From the IMG/VR virus record IMGVR_UViG_3300034072_000926, positions 248,001-312,000 of that record: DNA of 64,000 nucleotides, one strand, 5' to 3'. A program made the translations under genes and the position numbers. The notes under the pieces are model-generated. The model was not told the origin of the DNA. It did no database searches and worked only from the letters and a program-made list of their open reading frames with translations. The stretch's first letter is position 1. Each line of letters starts with the position of its first letter. Below, in pieces: positions 18,509-29,265 of the stretch.

Positions 18509-19597
18509 TTAGGATTTGTAGATGAAGAACACTTCATCATCTACGTCGACCCCATAACCGGTTTCAACGGGGTCGAAGTTCAACACCTTAGACACGGGGT
18601 CAAAAGTGAAGTTCTCATTTTCGATACCATTGATTGCCATGTAGAGAACCTCTAGTGCATCGTCTGGAATCGTGAATGTGGTCTGACCGGCAGTCACATT
18701 CTCAACGTCATATTTATATGTTTCCGAGTCCTTTGGTGGCGGTGGAATCGTAATTTCTGCTCCACGTTCCAACATAATTGCACGGTTTGGTAAGTCCAAT
18801 TGCAAGTAGACTGGGATAGCATTGCTGGCTGGTTTCTCGTTCGTTAGAGCACCAGGTTCATTAGGATCAAGGTAGAAAATGTCACCATGAGCACCCCATA
18901 GAGGTGGATTGACATCGTTGATCAAACGACCTAGTGGACGATAGGCAAAGTAATAGAGTCCAGGGACTCCTACTTCTGTAACGATACCAATGGCGCGATT
19001 GAAGTTTGCCGCATTTACTTTCTTGTATCCGTAGTCAGTTTCAAAGTCGGCATAAATCACGTCTCCTACCACGAAGCCGTGAAGTTCTTGGCGGACTAGA
19101 ACAAACTCCTTGAGGCCGTTACGAGCGAAGAATCGAGCCTGGAGATCCTCGATTGTCTTGGTTGGAAGGTAGAACTCTTCAATCGGACCCAGGATGGGCA
19201 TACCCTCATTGTTGAGTCGGAAGAAGAAGCCCGGCTCCTGTGTTACGAGGCCATAACCCTGTAGGTTAGGATCGGTAAACAAGTTCCAGCGCTCATAGTC
19301 CTCGACTACAGCTTCGACCTGGAAGTCGTTCTGATTCTTGATCTCGATGATGACCACGGCCTTGCCGTTGATACCCGAGGCGAACCAGTCGCCAACCTTG
19401 ATGTCCATACCAGTGAAGTAATTGGGCGTCAGAGTGGTGTGGTTAGAATGTTGCTGAGGAGTGATATTGAAAGTGATGTCCCATCGGTATGCGTAACCGA
19501 TGTAGGGATCACTCGTATTATCATTCTCGCTCCAGAAGGCGTTCTCTGAATATGAGTCGAAGAACGCCTTCAAGAGGAATGTAGGAGAAACTGGCAT
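18509..19597 (-). CDS. Virion structural protein
   Basis: 362 aa, GGAG RBS, cluster context. Confidence 0.65.
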   Translation of the reverse strand: MPVSPTFLLKAFFDSYSENAFWSENDNTSDPYIGYAYRWDITFNITPQQHSNHTTLTPNYFTGMDIKVGDWFASGINGKAVVIIEIKNQNDFQVEAVVEDYERWNLFTDPNLQGYGLVTQEPGFFFRLNNEGMPILGPIEEFYLPTKTIEDLQARFFARNGLKEFVLVRQELHGFVVGDVIYADFETDYGYKKVNAANFNRAIGIVTEVGVPGLYYFAYRPLGRLINDVNPPLWGAHGDIFYLDPNEPGALTNEKPASNAIPVYLQLDLPNRAIMLERGAEITIPPPPKDSETYKYDVENVTAGQTTFTIPDDALEVLYMAINGIENENFTFDPVSKVLNFDPVETGYGVDVDDEVFFIYKS

Positions 19598-19608
19598 CTA
19601 TAATCTCC

Positions 19609-22191
19609 TTAGACCAGGGTAATGCTGATACGAGCCTTACCGTTTGCAGTAGAACCCGACTGGGTCGCACCAAGAGCAGCCATCGAGAACGAACCCTGCA
19701 AGGCACCGAGTGTGATGCTGAAGCCTGGCGAAACCTTGTAGAGGTAGACGCCGCTGCTGTTGGTGCCAAAGCAACCAACGATGCCTGGCCAGCCTGCAGC
19801 CGTGTAGGTTGCATCCAGGGTGTTGTTACCAGTCCTCGTGACAGTCAGACCAGAGGATACATCGCTGAAGCTCAGGATAGCACCACTGCCGTCGAAGTTG
19901 ACCACAAAGCTGATCACGTTGGTGCCACCGCCAGTTCCTCCACTGCCGCTACCAGCAGCAATATCAACCACAGCTTCTGTGCCGCTCTGAGTTACCGTGA
20001 CACCTGAACCAGTGAACTTGATCGCAGTTGGGTTGGAGGCAATTGTTGCATTCTCCCACTTGACCGCGGTGATGTTTCCGTTCGTGCCCGCCGGACCAGT
20101 TGCGCCAGTTGCACCAGTATCACCCTTTACCTGACCAACGTCGGCAGTGGTCGAATCGCTGTAGGTTAGGATCAAGCGACCTGAACCGTTTATAGCCGAA
20201 GAAGTAATTCCACGGCCATCCGTGCCAGGTGTTCCTGCTGCACCGCGAGCAATACCAGCATTGATAGTGGTCGAGTCGCTCATCGACAACACGAGTTCAC
20301 CCGAGCCATTAATTGCTGCGGCCAAAACATTGCGTCCGGCTGGACCAGTTGCACCTGTGGCACCTGTTGCGCCAGTAGGACCTGCATCACCAGTATCACC
20401 CTTTGGACCAGCTGGGCCGGTCGCGCCAGTAGGACCAGTGTTACCAGTATCACCCTTTGGACCCTGCGGACCTGCTGGACCAGTGATGTCACCTGCGTCA
20501 ATGGTAGTCGAATCGCTCATCGAAAGGATGAGATGTGAGTTGGTTACTGCCGCACTGGTTACGTTACGGCCAGCCGGACCCTGTGCGCCCTGTGGACCTG
20601 TTGGACCTGCATCGCCAGTATCACCCTTTGGACCCAACACACTACCCGAAACCACAACCGTCGAGCTGTCGTTCATAGTCAGAGTCAGAGTCGAACCAGT
20701 AACACTTGCACTTGCGACACTCGTTCCCTGTGGACCAGTATCACCTGTGTCGCCCTTAGGTCCTGCTGGACCAGTTGCGCCGGTCGGACCTAGAATGCTA
20801 CCAGAGACGTTGATTGTAGAACTGTCGTTCATTGTCAGGACCAATGTGGAACCCGACACGCTTGCGCTCGAGATACTTGTTCCTGCTGGACCAGCCGGAC
20901 CCTGAGGGCCGGTATTGCCAGTGTCACCCTTTGGACCAGCTGGACCAGTGTTACCAATTGGGCCCTGTGGACCAGTTGCACCAGTATCACCAACAACCTT
21001 GCCTACGTCAACTGTTGAAGTGTCGGCGTAGGTTACAATGAGGTGACCTGATCCATTGATGGACATCGAGGAGACTTCTCGACCGCCGCCGCCAGAACCA
21101 CCAGTCGAAGTGATCTTGATACGACGATTACCCTGAGCGTCCATGTCATTCATGGAGATCTGGATGCCTTCGCCCTGTTCGAAGATCAGGAACTTCTGAG
21201 CACCATAGGAATTTGCCGACGACGTTCCGGTGTTCCAGATACCAATAGCTGGACCTTTAGCCGAGAGTTCGACGCTAGTGCCGTTGCCGCTGTCTGCAAC
21301 TAGACCATCGCCGATGATAAGCTGAGCAGGGGTCCACGTCTGAGTTAGCTCGCCTGGATAGACGACCTCAAGTGGATTGCTAGGAGTTGTTCCGCCGCTT
21401 TGTTCGACATCAACAAATACCTTAGAAAAGTCACTGCCCTGACGAACAATTACACCTGGGCCAAATTCAAAGCCAGTGATAGAATCGTTCTGATACTGCT
21501 GGAAATTACCACTGTCGTCTTCGACAGTGCTGTCCTGACCAGTAACATCTAGGGTCGACCAAACAACCTTATGACCTGGGCCTTCACCGGTATCAACTTT
21601 CAGACCCATTCCAAATTCGATCATGCCAGTGTAGCTGCTGGTTTCTAGACCATCGCCGTACACCATAAGACCAGGAACGTGGACAATCGCTGTTGAATCA
21701 GAGTCATCATCGGTGAGAAGTTCGACACCTTCGCCGGTGAATACTAGATTGGATACTGGTTCGATCGTTGGGTCATCAACAAATCCGCCTTCTTCGTCAT
21801 AGACGCGTTCAGCAACAATTAGAGTTCCGCCTGCTCCTGGAGGACCGGCAGGACCCTGTGGGCCGGCAGGACCTTGAGGACCGGCGGGACCAGCTGGACC
21901 CTGTGGTCCAGTAGCGCCGGTGTCGCCCTTATCGCCCTTGGCTCCCTTTTCGCCATTACCTGTCGAGACAATTCCGCCGCCACTGTTAATGGCAATTGCG
22001 CTCGAGACAGGCGCGCTTGGAGCCTTAATGTATTGCTTACCATCATGAGCACCCGATTCAATACGGATATCATTCGAGGTCTGACCCATATCTTCGCCAG
22101 TGTAGCCGACGGTCGAGGTGTTAGTGGTAGGAGTTGTAGCACCTGGAATGGGAAGGTAGGTGCCTGGATTTTCAGGTGTAGGTCCGGCCAT
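19609..22191 (-). CDS. Collagen-like tail fibre protein
   Basis: Gly-X-Y segments alternating with six ~30-aa 'SAxVxGSxLxLTMxDSxT' units. Confidence 0.8.
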   Translation of the reverse strand: MAGPTPENPGTYLPIPGATTPTTNTSTVGYTGEDMGQTSNDIRIESGAHDGKQYIKAPSAPVSSAIAINSGGGIVSTGNGEKGAKGDKGDTGATGPQGPAGPAGPQGPAGPQGPAGPPGAGGTLIVAERVYDEEGGFVDDPTIEPVSNLVFTGEGVELLTDDDSDSTAIVHVPGLMVYGDGLETSSYTGMIEFGMGLKVDTGEGPGHKVVWSTLDVTGQDSTVEDDSGNFQQYQNDSITGFEFGPGVIVRQGSDFSKVFVDVEQSGGTTPSNPLEVVYPGELTQTWTPAQLIIGDGLVADSGNGTSVELSAKGPAIGIWNTGTSSANSYGAQKFLIFEQGEGIQISMNDMDAQGNRRIKITSTGGSGGGGREVSSMSINGSGHLIVTYADTSTVDVGKVVGDTGATGPQGPIGNTGPAGPKGDTGNTGPQGPAGPAGTSISSASVSGSTLVLTMNDSSTINVSGSILGPTGATGPAGPKGDTGDTGPQGTSVASASVTGSTLTLTMNDSSTVVVSGSVLGPKGDTGDAGPTGPQGAQGPAGRNVTSAAVTNSHLILSMSDSTTIDAGDITGPAGPQGPKGDTGNTGPTGATGPAGPKGDTGDAGPTGATGATGATGPAGRNVLAAAINGSGELVLSMSDSTTINAGIARGAAGTPGTDGRGITSSAINGSGRLILTYSDSTTADVGQVKGDTGATGATGPAGTNGNITAVKWENATIASNPTAIKFTGSGVTVTQSGTEAVVDIAAGSGSGGTGGGTNVISFVVNFDGSGAILSFSDVSSGLTVTRTGNNTLDATYTAAGWPGIVGCFGTNSSGVYLYKVSPGFSITLGALQGSFSMAALGATQSGSTANGKARISITLV

Positions 22192-22244
22192 GATCGATCA
22201 TCCTCTAAAACTGGAGTTCCAATATTTAGCCCTTTTCGGGCGCT

Positions 22245-22673
22245 TTAACGTGCCAGGACCACCTTGACCACGTTACCGTAACGGGGGAGAACATTAGGGT
22301 CCTCTTCAAACAGAATGTCTTCTAGATAACTGCGATCCATACGAGCGCGCAGCCAGAGGGCATTGATCTTGAAGGAGCGACCAATCACCATGGTATCTCC
22401 GCCAATATCAAAACTACCAGTTGGTTTGAGTGGATTTAGGGGAAACTCAACATAGGGAGTTTCAGGCTGCAAGGCAATAGGGAACCAATCCTCTTCAGTC
22501 GGAGCGGATGCTAGGCTTGCTTCAATATAGACACGACCAGTGAAATTAACTACCTGGATCGAAACTGTGTGGAGACCATCGCGGTGCCCATACCAACCAT
22601 CTGCCCTACAAATAGGTCCAGTTAGGTTTGCAAACTCTTGGCTGTTCCCCATCATAACAGTGGTGTTGGGCAT
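22245..22673 (-). CDS. Conserved hypothetical (likely virion) protein
   Basis: ATG 22673 with GGAG RBS and TAAATA at 22697-22702. Confidence 0.65.
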   Translation of the reverse strand: MPNTTVMMGNSQEFANLTGPICRADGWYGHRDGLHTVSIQVVNFTGRVYIEASLASAPTEEDWFPIALQPETPYVEFPLNPLKPTGSFDIGGDTMVIGRSFKINALWLRARMDRSYLEDILFEEDPNVLPRYGNVVKVVLAR

Positions 22674-22744
22674 GGTCGATCTCCTTTTTACCCGCATATT
22701 TAACGAATAATGACTTTCACCCAACACTCCAGTTAATTAGGTGA

Positions 22745-23527
22745 ATGAGCATATTTTCAAAGATGATGGGTCTGATAGGACTACAATCGGTTACAGTTTA
22801 TGAGGATCTGATTCCTCACGACAATACTAACCTGTTCTATACGGTAATTGATATCCCTGAGGGTCCGGGAGTGGAAAAACTCAACTGGATCCTAGAACAG
22901 TTGCCGCCTCTTGACCTCAAAGCAGGGCCGTGGGTTGCAGGCGGCGCAGCTCGTCGACTACTAGAGGGTCAGCCACTAGAAGGTGGAGATGTTGATATCT
23001 TCTTCTCTTGTAGGAAGTCTTTCAAGATCTTCTGTCAGCATCTGGAGAGTTATCAGTTGGTCATTTCGACCGAACGAGCAAAGACCTTTATGGTGCAAGG
23101 GATCAAGGTTCAGGCAATTTGTCGCCAGACCTACATCACAGTTGAAGATCTCTTCAAGGATTTTGATTTCAGCGTCTGTCAGATTGCCACAGACGGCAAG
23201 AAGATTGCTATCTCGAATCAAGGTCATCGAGATATGAAGGAACGAGTCCTTCGATTTGCCCCAGGTGGGAAGGTTGCTCGTCAGACTGTCATCAAGCGAA
23301 TGACCAAATATCTCGCATACGGATTCATTCCCGAACCAGGTCTCTATGAGACTATGGTCAATAGCGGGTTGTTAGGTGTGAGCAGTTATTCGATCTTTGA
23401 AGGCTCAGAAGCTGATTCGTCAAACTATGATATTCCGGAAGGTGAAGAATTGCCTCCGGTTGATGTTGAGGAAGCCAATGCAGAGTTTCTGCGTGATGCT
23501 GCCCTCCGTCTAGGGATTGAAATCTAA
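22745..23527 (+). CDS. Class II nucleotidyltransferase head domain (CCA-adding/poly(A) polymerase-like)
   Basis: 'WVAGGAARR..GDVDIFF' and 'DFDFSVCQIA'. Confidence 0.7.
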   Translation: MSIFSKMMGLIGLQSVTVYEDLIPHDNTNLFYTVIDIPEGPGVEKLNWILEQLPPLDLKAGPWVAGGAARRLLEGQPLEGGDVDIFFSCRKSFKIFCQHLESYQLVISTERAKTFMVQGIKVQAICRQTYITVEDLFKDFDFSVCQIATDGKKIAISNQGHRDMKERVLRFAPGGKVARQTVIKRMTKYLAYGFIPEPGLYETMVNSGLLGVSSYSIFEGSEADSSNYDIPEGEELPPVDVEEANAEFLRDAALRLGIEI

Positions 23528-23970
23528 TGACCGATCTACAACAATTCATCAAGACCAATTGTGTCTGGAGTAAGCTATCTGAGAAGCCCGTAGTGCGTCA
23601 ATGGAAGCATCTAGAGCTAGTCTTTGTTCACGGATACCCTATGACATTGAGGGCGTTCTACATCCTTTGTAACAAGGCTGTGTTCGGCAATACTCTCTAT
23701 CTGCGTGGGAAGATTTGGAACGAACTACATGCAGAAACGAAACTGCTCTGTAGGGGAATGAATCACAATCTCATCGAAGGTCGTGAGGCGTTCAGTATCG
23801 TTGATGGAATCAGAGCCGCTATTGGATGGGACAAGAATACGGCCAAGGCAAGTCTAGGATATCATTACAATACCGAACCCACTAAACCAGTCCAGCATTG
23901 GTTGGAAGACGTAGAGCGACAGATCGCCGCTCTACGCGGTGTTACCCTTCCAGGTCCACAACTTCGATAA
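23527..23970 (+). CDS. Hypothetical protein
   Basis: 147 aa, TAATG coupling to upstream gene. Confidence 0.7.
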   Translation: MTDLQQFIKTNCVWSKLSEKPVVRQWKHLELVFVHGYPMTLRAFYILCNKAVFGNTLYLRGKIWNELHAETKLLCRGMNHNLIEGREAFSIVDGIRAAIGWDKNTAKASLGYHYNTEPTKPVQHWLEDVERQIAALRGVTLPGPQLR

Positions 23971-24124
23971 GAAGCTTCGTGCCCTGTGCTTCGAAGAAGA
24001 GCTGCTCTGCCATAAGCATCAGCGCTTCTTTCATTTCCGGAGTCAGGATAACTTCCTGAATCTCTCCGTCCTTGAGAAGCTTGCTCAGCTTAACAACGAC
24101 AATCTCTTCATGCAACTTAGCCAT
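23942..24124 (-). CDS. Small hypothetical protein
   Basis: GGGAGG RBS and TAAATA at 24152-24157. Confidence 0.6.
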   Translation of the reverse strand: MAKLHEEIVVVKLSKLLKDGEIQEVILTPEMKEALMLMAEQLFFEAQGTKLLIEVVDLEG

Positions 24125-24158
24125 GATCGGCCTCCCAATTAACTGACTATATATTTAG

Positions 24159-24389
24159 TCAGGATTTGGAAAGCCTTTTCAGCAGGTTATCGAGGTTGTT
24201 CTGAATGACCTGCATCTGAGATATCAAATCATTCACGCTGTTCTGTAGGTCACAAGCCTGCAAGGTCAGCATCTCTTTCACAGCCGAGAGGTTTGTGATC
24301 TGCGTCTTGAGCGCTTTGATCTCCTCGTCCTTCGCCGCAAGTTCTTCTCGTAGCTGGGCAGGCGTCTTGAAATCAATGACGTTGCTCAT
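24159..24389 (-). CDS. Small coiled-coil protein
   Basis: 76 aa heptad pattern, GGAG RBS. Confidence 0.65.
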   Translation of the reverse strand: MSNVIDFKTPAQLREELAAKDEEIKALKTQITNLSAVKEMLTLQACDLQNSVNDLISQMQVIQNNLDNLLKRLSKS

Positions 24390-24455
24390 ATTTTACTCCG
24401 GCCCGAAAACCTGGCGGGTTTTTGGATCCATGCAAAGAACTTATCCATTCAACCC

Positions 24456-24575
24456 TCACGAAGCAACAGAGAACAAAAGCAAGATGGATGCGAAGATTAG
24501 GACGAATACTAGACAACCGAAAGCGATGAATACCCTTGCGGCTATTTCGAAAATCCTAGCGAAGAAGTCGCCCAT
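24456..24575 (-). CDS. 39-aa single-TM micro-protein (not in ORF track)
   Basis: MGDFFARIFEIAARVFIAFGCLVFVLIFASILLLFSVAS; TAATG coupling. Confidence 0.45.
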   Translation of the reverse strand: MGDFFARIFEIAARVFIAFGCLVFVLIFASILLLFSVAS

Positions 24576-24961
24576 TAGAATTCATCATCCTCGTCTTCTT
24601 CCGGACGGCGGTTCTTTGGCTTACGACCACGACGCTTGCCGAGGATCGCTTTGCCGCCATCTGCCGTGACATTGTAGACATCAGCAAAACGAACCGGGTC
24701 CATTCCGTCGATGGTCTCTACGGCTTCTGCCAGCACGTCAGTGGGCTTGCCCGAACGTAGGTCAGCAAGTCGGAATACAACCTTGCCATCTTCACGAATA
24801 GTTGTGCCGATAATCGAAAAGTCGTTGCTCACCAACACGGTGTTTACTGAACACAAACCCTTAGCGAAATGCTTTGCATGAACCTCAGTTCCGGCAGGCA
24901 GAACACCCTTCTTGACCAGAGCTTCGGCTAGTTTATTTTCCATTTTGAAACGACTCCACAA
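24575..24961 (-). CDS. Hypothetical protein
   Basis: 128 aa, basic then acidic tail 'KRRGRKPK..EDEDDEF'. Confidence 0.7.
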   Translation of the reverse strand: MWSRFKMENKLAEALVKKGVLPAGTEVHAKHFAKGLCSVNTVLVSNDFSIIGTTIREDGKVVFRLADLRSGKPTDVLAEAVETIDGMDPVRFADVYNVTADGGKAILGKRRGRKPKNRRPEEDEDDEF

Positions 24962-25050
24962 CGTACCGATCTCAGGACGCCGTTTCGATCTATGTCGTTT
25001 CTGTATATTGCTTGTTTAGCAGTTTCGAGAAGTTAATCAAGTGTCAAGGT

Positions 25051-25084
25051 GAGCACTAGGTGAGATTTTTCTCACCTAGTGCTC
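25051..25084 (-). terminator. Terminator after clpA
   Basis: 15-bp perfect inverted repeat GAGCACTAGGTGAGA with 4-nt loop. Confidence 0.7.
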
Positions 25085-25091
25085 ATAGTTT

Positions 25092-27434
25092 TTACGCGAT
25101 TTCAGTGAGTTCCAGAACGTCTTCGACTGGAGCCGAACCACTGACCTTCAATGCATCGCCATCTACATCCAAGTGGGCAATGCCACCGGACTTCAACAGA
25201 CCGAAGAGCATCAGTCGGCTAAGTGGCTTGCTGACTTCATTCTGAATCACGCGAGCCAGAGGACGCGCACCCATCTTAGGGTCATAGCCCTTACGAGCCA
25301 GGTAGTCCAGTGCAGCATCAGTTGCCTCGATGGTAACACCCTTCTCCTGAGCCTGCGAGTTCAGCTGACCCATGAACTTCTGCACGATGCGAATCATGTT
25401 CTCGCTCTTGAGCGCGTTGAACTTCACAATCGCATCCAGTCGGTTGCGGAACTCAGGGGCAAACATCTTCTCAATGACCTTGTCATCGTTGCCAGCAATC
25501 GAGTTGCTACCGAAGCCCAGGTTATTCTTCTGGAGTTCACTTGCACCGGCGTTGCTGGTCATGATCAGGATCACGTTGCGGAAGTTCACCGTCTTGCCTG
25601 CACTGTTGGTCAGTTCACCATTGTCCATGACCTGCAGGAAGATGTTAAAGATGTCCGGATGAGCCTTTTCGAGTTCGTCGATGAGAAGCACACAATGCGG
25701 GCTGTTCTCAACAGCATTGGTCAGAAGACCCGAACCCGAAGCACCATCGCCAAAGCCCACGTAACCCGGAGGGGAACCGATGAACTTGCTGACGCTGTGC
25801 TTCTCCATGTATTCCGACATATCGAAACGATGAAGAGGAATATTGAGTGTCTTGCTCAACTGCTTCGCAAGTTCAGTCTTACCCACGCCGGTCGGACCAG
25901 CGAAGAGGTAGTTACCCTGAGGCTTGTTGGGATCGCGCAGACCAGCACGGCTCAGAAGAACCGCATCGACGACTTCGTCGATTGCCTGATCCTGTCCGAA
26001 AACCACACCATAGAGGTCACCATGCAGACGTTCCAGCTTCTCGGTCTCGTCTTCCTTAACCGAACGAGCAGGGATCTTTGCAATGCGACTGACTTCTTCC
26101 TCGATGAGTTCGACCGTGATCTGTGTCTTGCGGTCGGCCTCAGGCGCAATGCGCTGACGAGCACCAGCAGCGTCGATGACGTCAATGGCCTTATCAGGCA
26201 GCATCTTGTCAGTCACATAGCGGGCAGTCAATTCGACCGCTGCATCAAGGGCAGCATCGTCGTAGGTGATGCCGTGATAATCAGCATAGACCTTCGAAAT
26301 ACCAGCGATGATCCGCTTTGCATCAGCGATGCTTGGCTCGGCAATATCCAGCTTCTGGAAGCGACGCAGCAGAGCGCGATCCTTCTCGAAATGCTTGCGA
26401 TATTCCTCATAGGTTGTGCCACCAATGCAACGCAGCTTACCCTTTGCCAGTGCAGGCTTCAAGAGGTTTGCAACGTCGAGTGCGCCATTGCTTCCGGCAC
26501 CTGCACCCATCATGGTGTGGATTTCGTCGATGAACAGGATGATGGGAACCTGCTTCTCTTCACTGACCTTCTCGAGTGCTTCGAGAATCTGCTTCACACG
26601 CTCTTCCATGTCACCACGGAACTTCGTGCCGGCCATCAGTGCGCCGATTTCCAAGCTGTAGACAGTTGCACCCTTGAGAGCATCTGGGACATTCTCTTCG
26701 GCAATCATCTTCGCAAGACCTTCGACAACCGCAGTCTTACCAACGCCGGGTTCACCGACGATGACCGCGTTGTTCTTGGTCCTACGAGCAGTAGTGAGGA
26801 TCAGGCTTGCAACTTCGGCTTCACGACCAATCAGAGGGTCAATCTTGCCCTCAAGTGCCTGCTCGTTGAGGTTGACACAGAACTTGTCCAGCAGGCGTTC
26901 GTTCTTGGACTTCTTAGGGCCCTTGTCTTCACCGCCAGGAACGTCTTCGTCATCCTTGGTCTTGACCTCGCCGGTCTCTTCTTCGTCAAGAAGATCGTCA
27001 TGAGCAACAGCCTTCTTCACGTCGAAGATGTCCAGATTCTGCTTCGCGAGGAAGTAGCAAGCAAAATTGCTCTCCTCAGCATTCTCTTGCATGATTGCGA
27101 TGAGAATGTCGATTGCACGGAAATCATGACGACCGCTGAACAACACCTGGCTAACAGTGCGCTGAACAACTCGGGCAAGGCTCATAGTCTGACGGGGTGG
27201 CTGTCCATTTGCCTTGCCGAGAACGCCGGCGTTAAAATGAGCAACCAAGTCAGCGCTCAATTCGGGCATGTTTGCCCCGAGTTCAGAGAGCACTTCAATG
27301 ACCCGATGGTCCTGAATGACAGCAGCCAACAGGTGTTCCAGGGTCAGGTATTCATGATCATATTTCATCGCAATGTCTTGCGCCTGATCGATGATCTGCT
27401 GGGCCCGGGTCGGGTCGTAGTCTTCCATGGCCAT
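25092..27434 (-). CDS. clpA: ATP-dependent Clp protease ATPase subunit ClpA
   Basis: Clp N-domain 'HEYLTLEHLL', Walker A GEPGVGKT and GPTGVGKT, 'FIDEIH', LGF docking loop, no M domain. Confidence 0.95.
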   Translation of the reverse strand: MAMEDYDPTRAQQIIDQAQDIAMKYDHEYLTLEHLLAAVIQDHRVIEVLSELGANMPELSADLVAHFNAGVLGKANGQPPRQTMSLARVVQRTVSQVLFSGRHDFRAIDILIAIMQENAEESNFACYFLAKQNLDIFDVKKAVAHDDLLDEEETGEVKTKDDEDVPGGEDKGPKKSKNERLLDKFCVNLNEQALEGKIDPLIGREAEVASLILTTARRTKNNAVIVGEPGVGKTAVVEGLAKMIAEENVPDALKGATVYSLEIGALMAGTKFRGDMEERVKQILEALEKVSEEKQVPIILFIDEIHTMMGAGAGSNGALDVANLLKPALAKGKLRCIGGTTYEEYRKHFEKDRALLRRFQKLDIAEPSIADAKRIIAGISKVYADYHGITYDDAALDAAVELTARYVTDKMLPDKAIDVIDAAGARQRIAPEADRKTQITVELIEEEVSRIAKIPARSVKEDETEKLERLHGDLYGVVFGQDQAIDEVVDAVLLSRAGLRDPNKPQGNYLFAGPTGVGKTELAKQLSKTLNIPLHRFDMSEYMEKHSVSKFIGSPPGYVGFGDGASGSGLLTNAVENSPHCVLLIDELEKAHPDIFNIFLQVMDNGELTNSAGKTVNFRNVILIMTSNAGASELQKNNLGFGSNSIAGNDDKVIEKMFAPEFRNRLDAIVKFNALKSENMIRIVQKFMGQLNSQAQEKGVTIEATDAALDYLARKGYDPKMGARPLARVIQNEVSKPLSRLMLFGLLKSGGIAHLDVDGDALKVSGSAPVEDVLELTEIA

Positions 27435-27934
27435 TAGTTCTTCCTTTCGCGCTTATCACGCTTTTTCTTTGCCATATCCAGCGTCAGCTTGCTGACCTTG
27501 GACGTAAAGCAAACACCATCCAGATGGTCCAGCTCGTGTTGGAAGCACCTTGCCGCAATGCCGGACAGTTCTTCTTCAAAGAACTCTCCCTTTGAGTTTT
27601 GGTAGCGCACCGTCACGATAGCTGGTCGTTTGACTTTGAAGTATAGCCCAGGGAAACTGAGACACCCCTCTTCAGACATAACCTGTTGTTCTTCACTTGC
27701 GGTCAGAATTTCTGGGTTATAGAAGAAGCGGGCTTCATCGTCGATCTTCATCGCAAAAATGCGATACAAAAAGCCCATCTGATTGGCCGCGAAGCCAATA
27801 CCACCTTCCTCGTCCATTAGACGAGAGAGTTCAGATTCAATATCCTCGGAATTCGCTGGTGGATTCTCGAAGTCCCATTCGGAACTCGGAACGTAGAGAC
27901 TCTCGGCCCCATCGGTCTGAAGGTTGAACTTCAC
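27434..27934 (-). CDS. def: Peptide deformylase
   Basis: GIGFAANQ, EGCLS, QHELDHLDG. Confidence 0.95.
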   Translation of the reverse strand: MKFNLQTDGAESLYVPSSEWDFENPPANSEDIESELSRLMDEEGGIGFAANQMGFLYRIFAMKIDDEARFFYNPEILTASEEQQVMSEEGCLSFPGLYFKVKRPAIVTVRYQNSKGEFFEEELSGIAARCFQHELDHLDGVCFTSKVSKLTLDMAKKKRDKRERKN

Positions 27935-28289
27935 TTAGCAACGCCCTCGCATATTGTTCGATCTGGGTGCGAGCCATTGCCGTAACGTGTCTGCAATCGG
28001 CAACCTTAGGTTCACCGCCAACGAGTCTAGCTCGTTGGACATACACTATATTATCATGCACGAAATCTCGGGCAGATACAAGAGCAAAATTGAAATCTGT
28101 AATTAAAGATTGATCAACCCTGCCACCTCGGTCGGTCGAGTTGCGTTCAAGCAATCGACGGAAGTCCAATGCCCAAGAGCCATATTCTTGTTCGACCTTA
28201 TCACACGCACGAATCACAGTCTGGTCAGAAGTCTGAGCCATTGCTGGGACACTTGAGAGCATAAGAATCAAACCGGCTAGTAGTCGCAT
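27837..28289 (-). CDS. Putative exported protein
   Basis: Signal-peptide-like MRLLAGLILMLSSVPAMA-Q; GGAGG RBS; 3' end overlaps def by 98 nt. Confidence 0.6.
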   Translation of the reverse strand: MRLLAGLILMLSSVPAMAQTSDQTVIRACDKVEQEYGSWALDFRRLLERNSTDRGGRVDQSLITDFNFALVSARDFVHDNIVYVQRARLVGGEPKVADCRHVTAMARTQIEQYARALLSEVQPSDRWGRESLRSEFRMGLRESTSEFRGY

Positions 28290-28332
28290 TGAACCTCCTT
28301 TCGTCCCATAGATAAAAGGATTAGGTTAGAAG

Positions 28333-29178
28333 TCAAGCTTTTCTTTTCGCCCTGATGGCTTCAATGGCTTGACGATCCTCTTCATCAAGCTTTTCAGGAG
28401 TGAATGCAATTTCTACCATCATGTCTCCGCGACGACCATCGCCGAGTGGCATACCTTTACCAGCAGCCCTCAAGGACTGACCGGGATGAATACCCGCCGG
28501 GACGCGCATCTTGATCTTACCGCCCTCAATCGTTGGGATTTCGACTTCGGTTCCCAATAGCGCATCGAGATATCCGATGTTTACATTTGCGACTAGATGG
28601 TGTCCCATACGAGTGAAAGTAGTGTGAGGCATGACGTTGATCTTCACATATAGATCACCGGCTTTCACATTCGACATAGAGTCATCACCCTTGCCTTGGA
28701 ATCTCAGACGAATGCCGTCCTGGATACCTGCTGGGATTTTGATCTTGATGCTCTGCGTTTCCTTGTTGGGAAGATTGTAGGAGATCTCTGCTTCGCGTCC
28801 TGTATAGCTCTCTTCAAGGGTAATCGTGTAGTTGAGCACAATATCACGATTGCGAGCATCTTCAGGATACGGGTTTCTCGAACGACGAATATCTTTGAGG
28901 ATCTCCTCAATGTCAACTTCTGGGCGAGGTTGATTGGACCAATGAAAGTTTGGATTGGGACGAAATCCACCGGTCCTCTGTGCATCATACTGGGAACGCT
29001 TGTTTGCGTCCTTCAACACATCATAGGCTTCGCCGACTTCTTTGAAACGAGCCTCTGCCTCTTTGTTGTTCGGATTGGTATCAGGATGGTTCTCCTTAGC
29101 CAACTTGCGATAGGCAGACTTGATCGCTGCTTCATCAGCCGTGACTGGAACACCGAGGACCTGGTAATAATCTTTCAT
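28333..29178 (-). CDS. dnaJ: DnaJ-class co-chaperone (CbpA-like, no zinc finger)
   Basis: '[19 protein letters not shown]' J-domain, C-terminal 'GDLYVKI'. Confidence 0.92.
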   Translation of the reverse strand: MKDYYQVLGVPVTADEAAIKSAYRKLAKENHPDTNPNNKEAEARFKEVGEAYDVLKDANKRSQYDAQRTGGFRPNPNFHWSNQPRPEVDIEEILKDIRRSRNPYPEDARNRDIVLNYTITLEESYTGREAEISYNLPNKETQSIKIKIPAGIQDGIRLRFQGKGDDSMSNVKAGDLYVKINVMPHTTFTRMGHHLVANVNIGYLDALLGTEVEIPTIEGGKIKMRVPAGIHPGQSLRAAGKGMPLGDGRRGDMMVEIAFTPEKLDEEDRQAIEAIRAKRKA

Positions 29179-29265
29179 AATCTCTTTCTACAGATAGAAA
29201 TGCTCTATGTCAAAATTGACTAAACGGTTTCCGAATAATTATCAACGTAGATAAAGGAGAAAAAG

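Noticed and set aside
20222-20905. 227-aa Pro/Gly/Val repeat ORF and DNA repeats
   Set aside because: Mirror of collagen codons on the opposite strand; repeats are degenerate coding triplets, not CRISPR or VNTR.
25173-27437. 754-aa plus-strand ORF
   Set aside because: Antisense shadow of clpA caused by codon bias; no motifs, RBS or promoter support.
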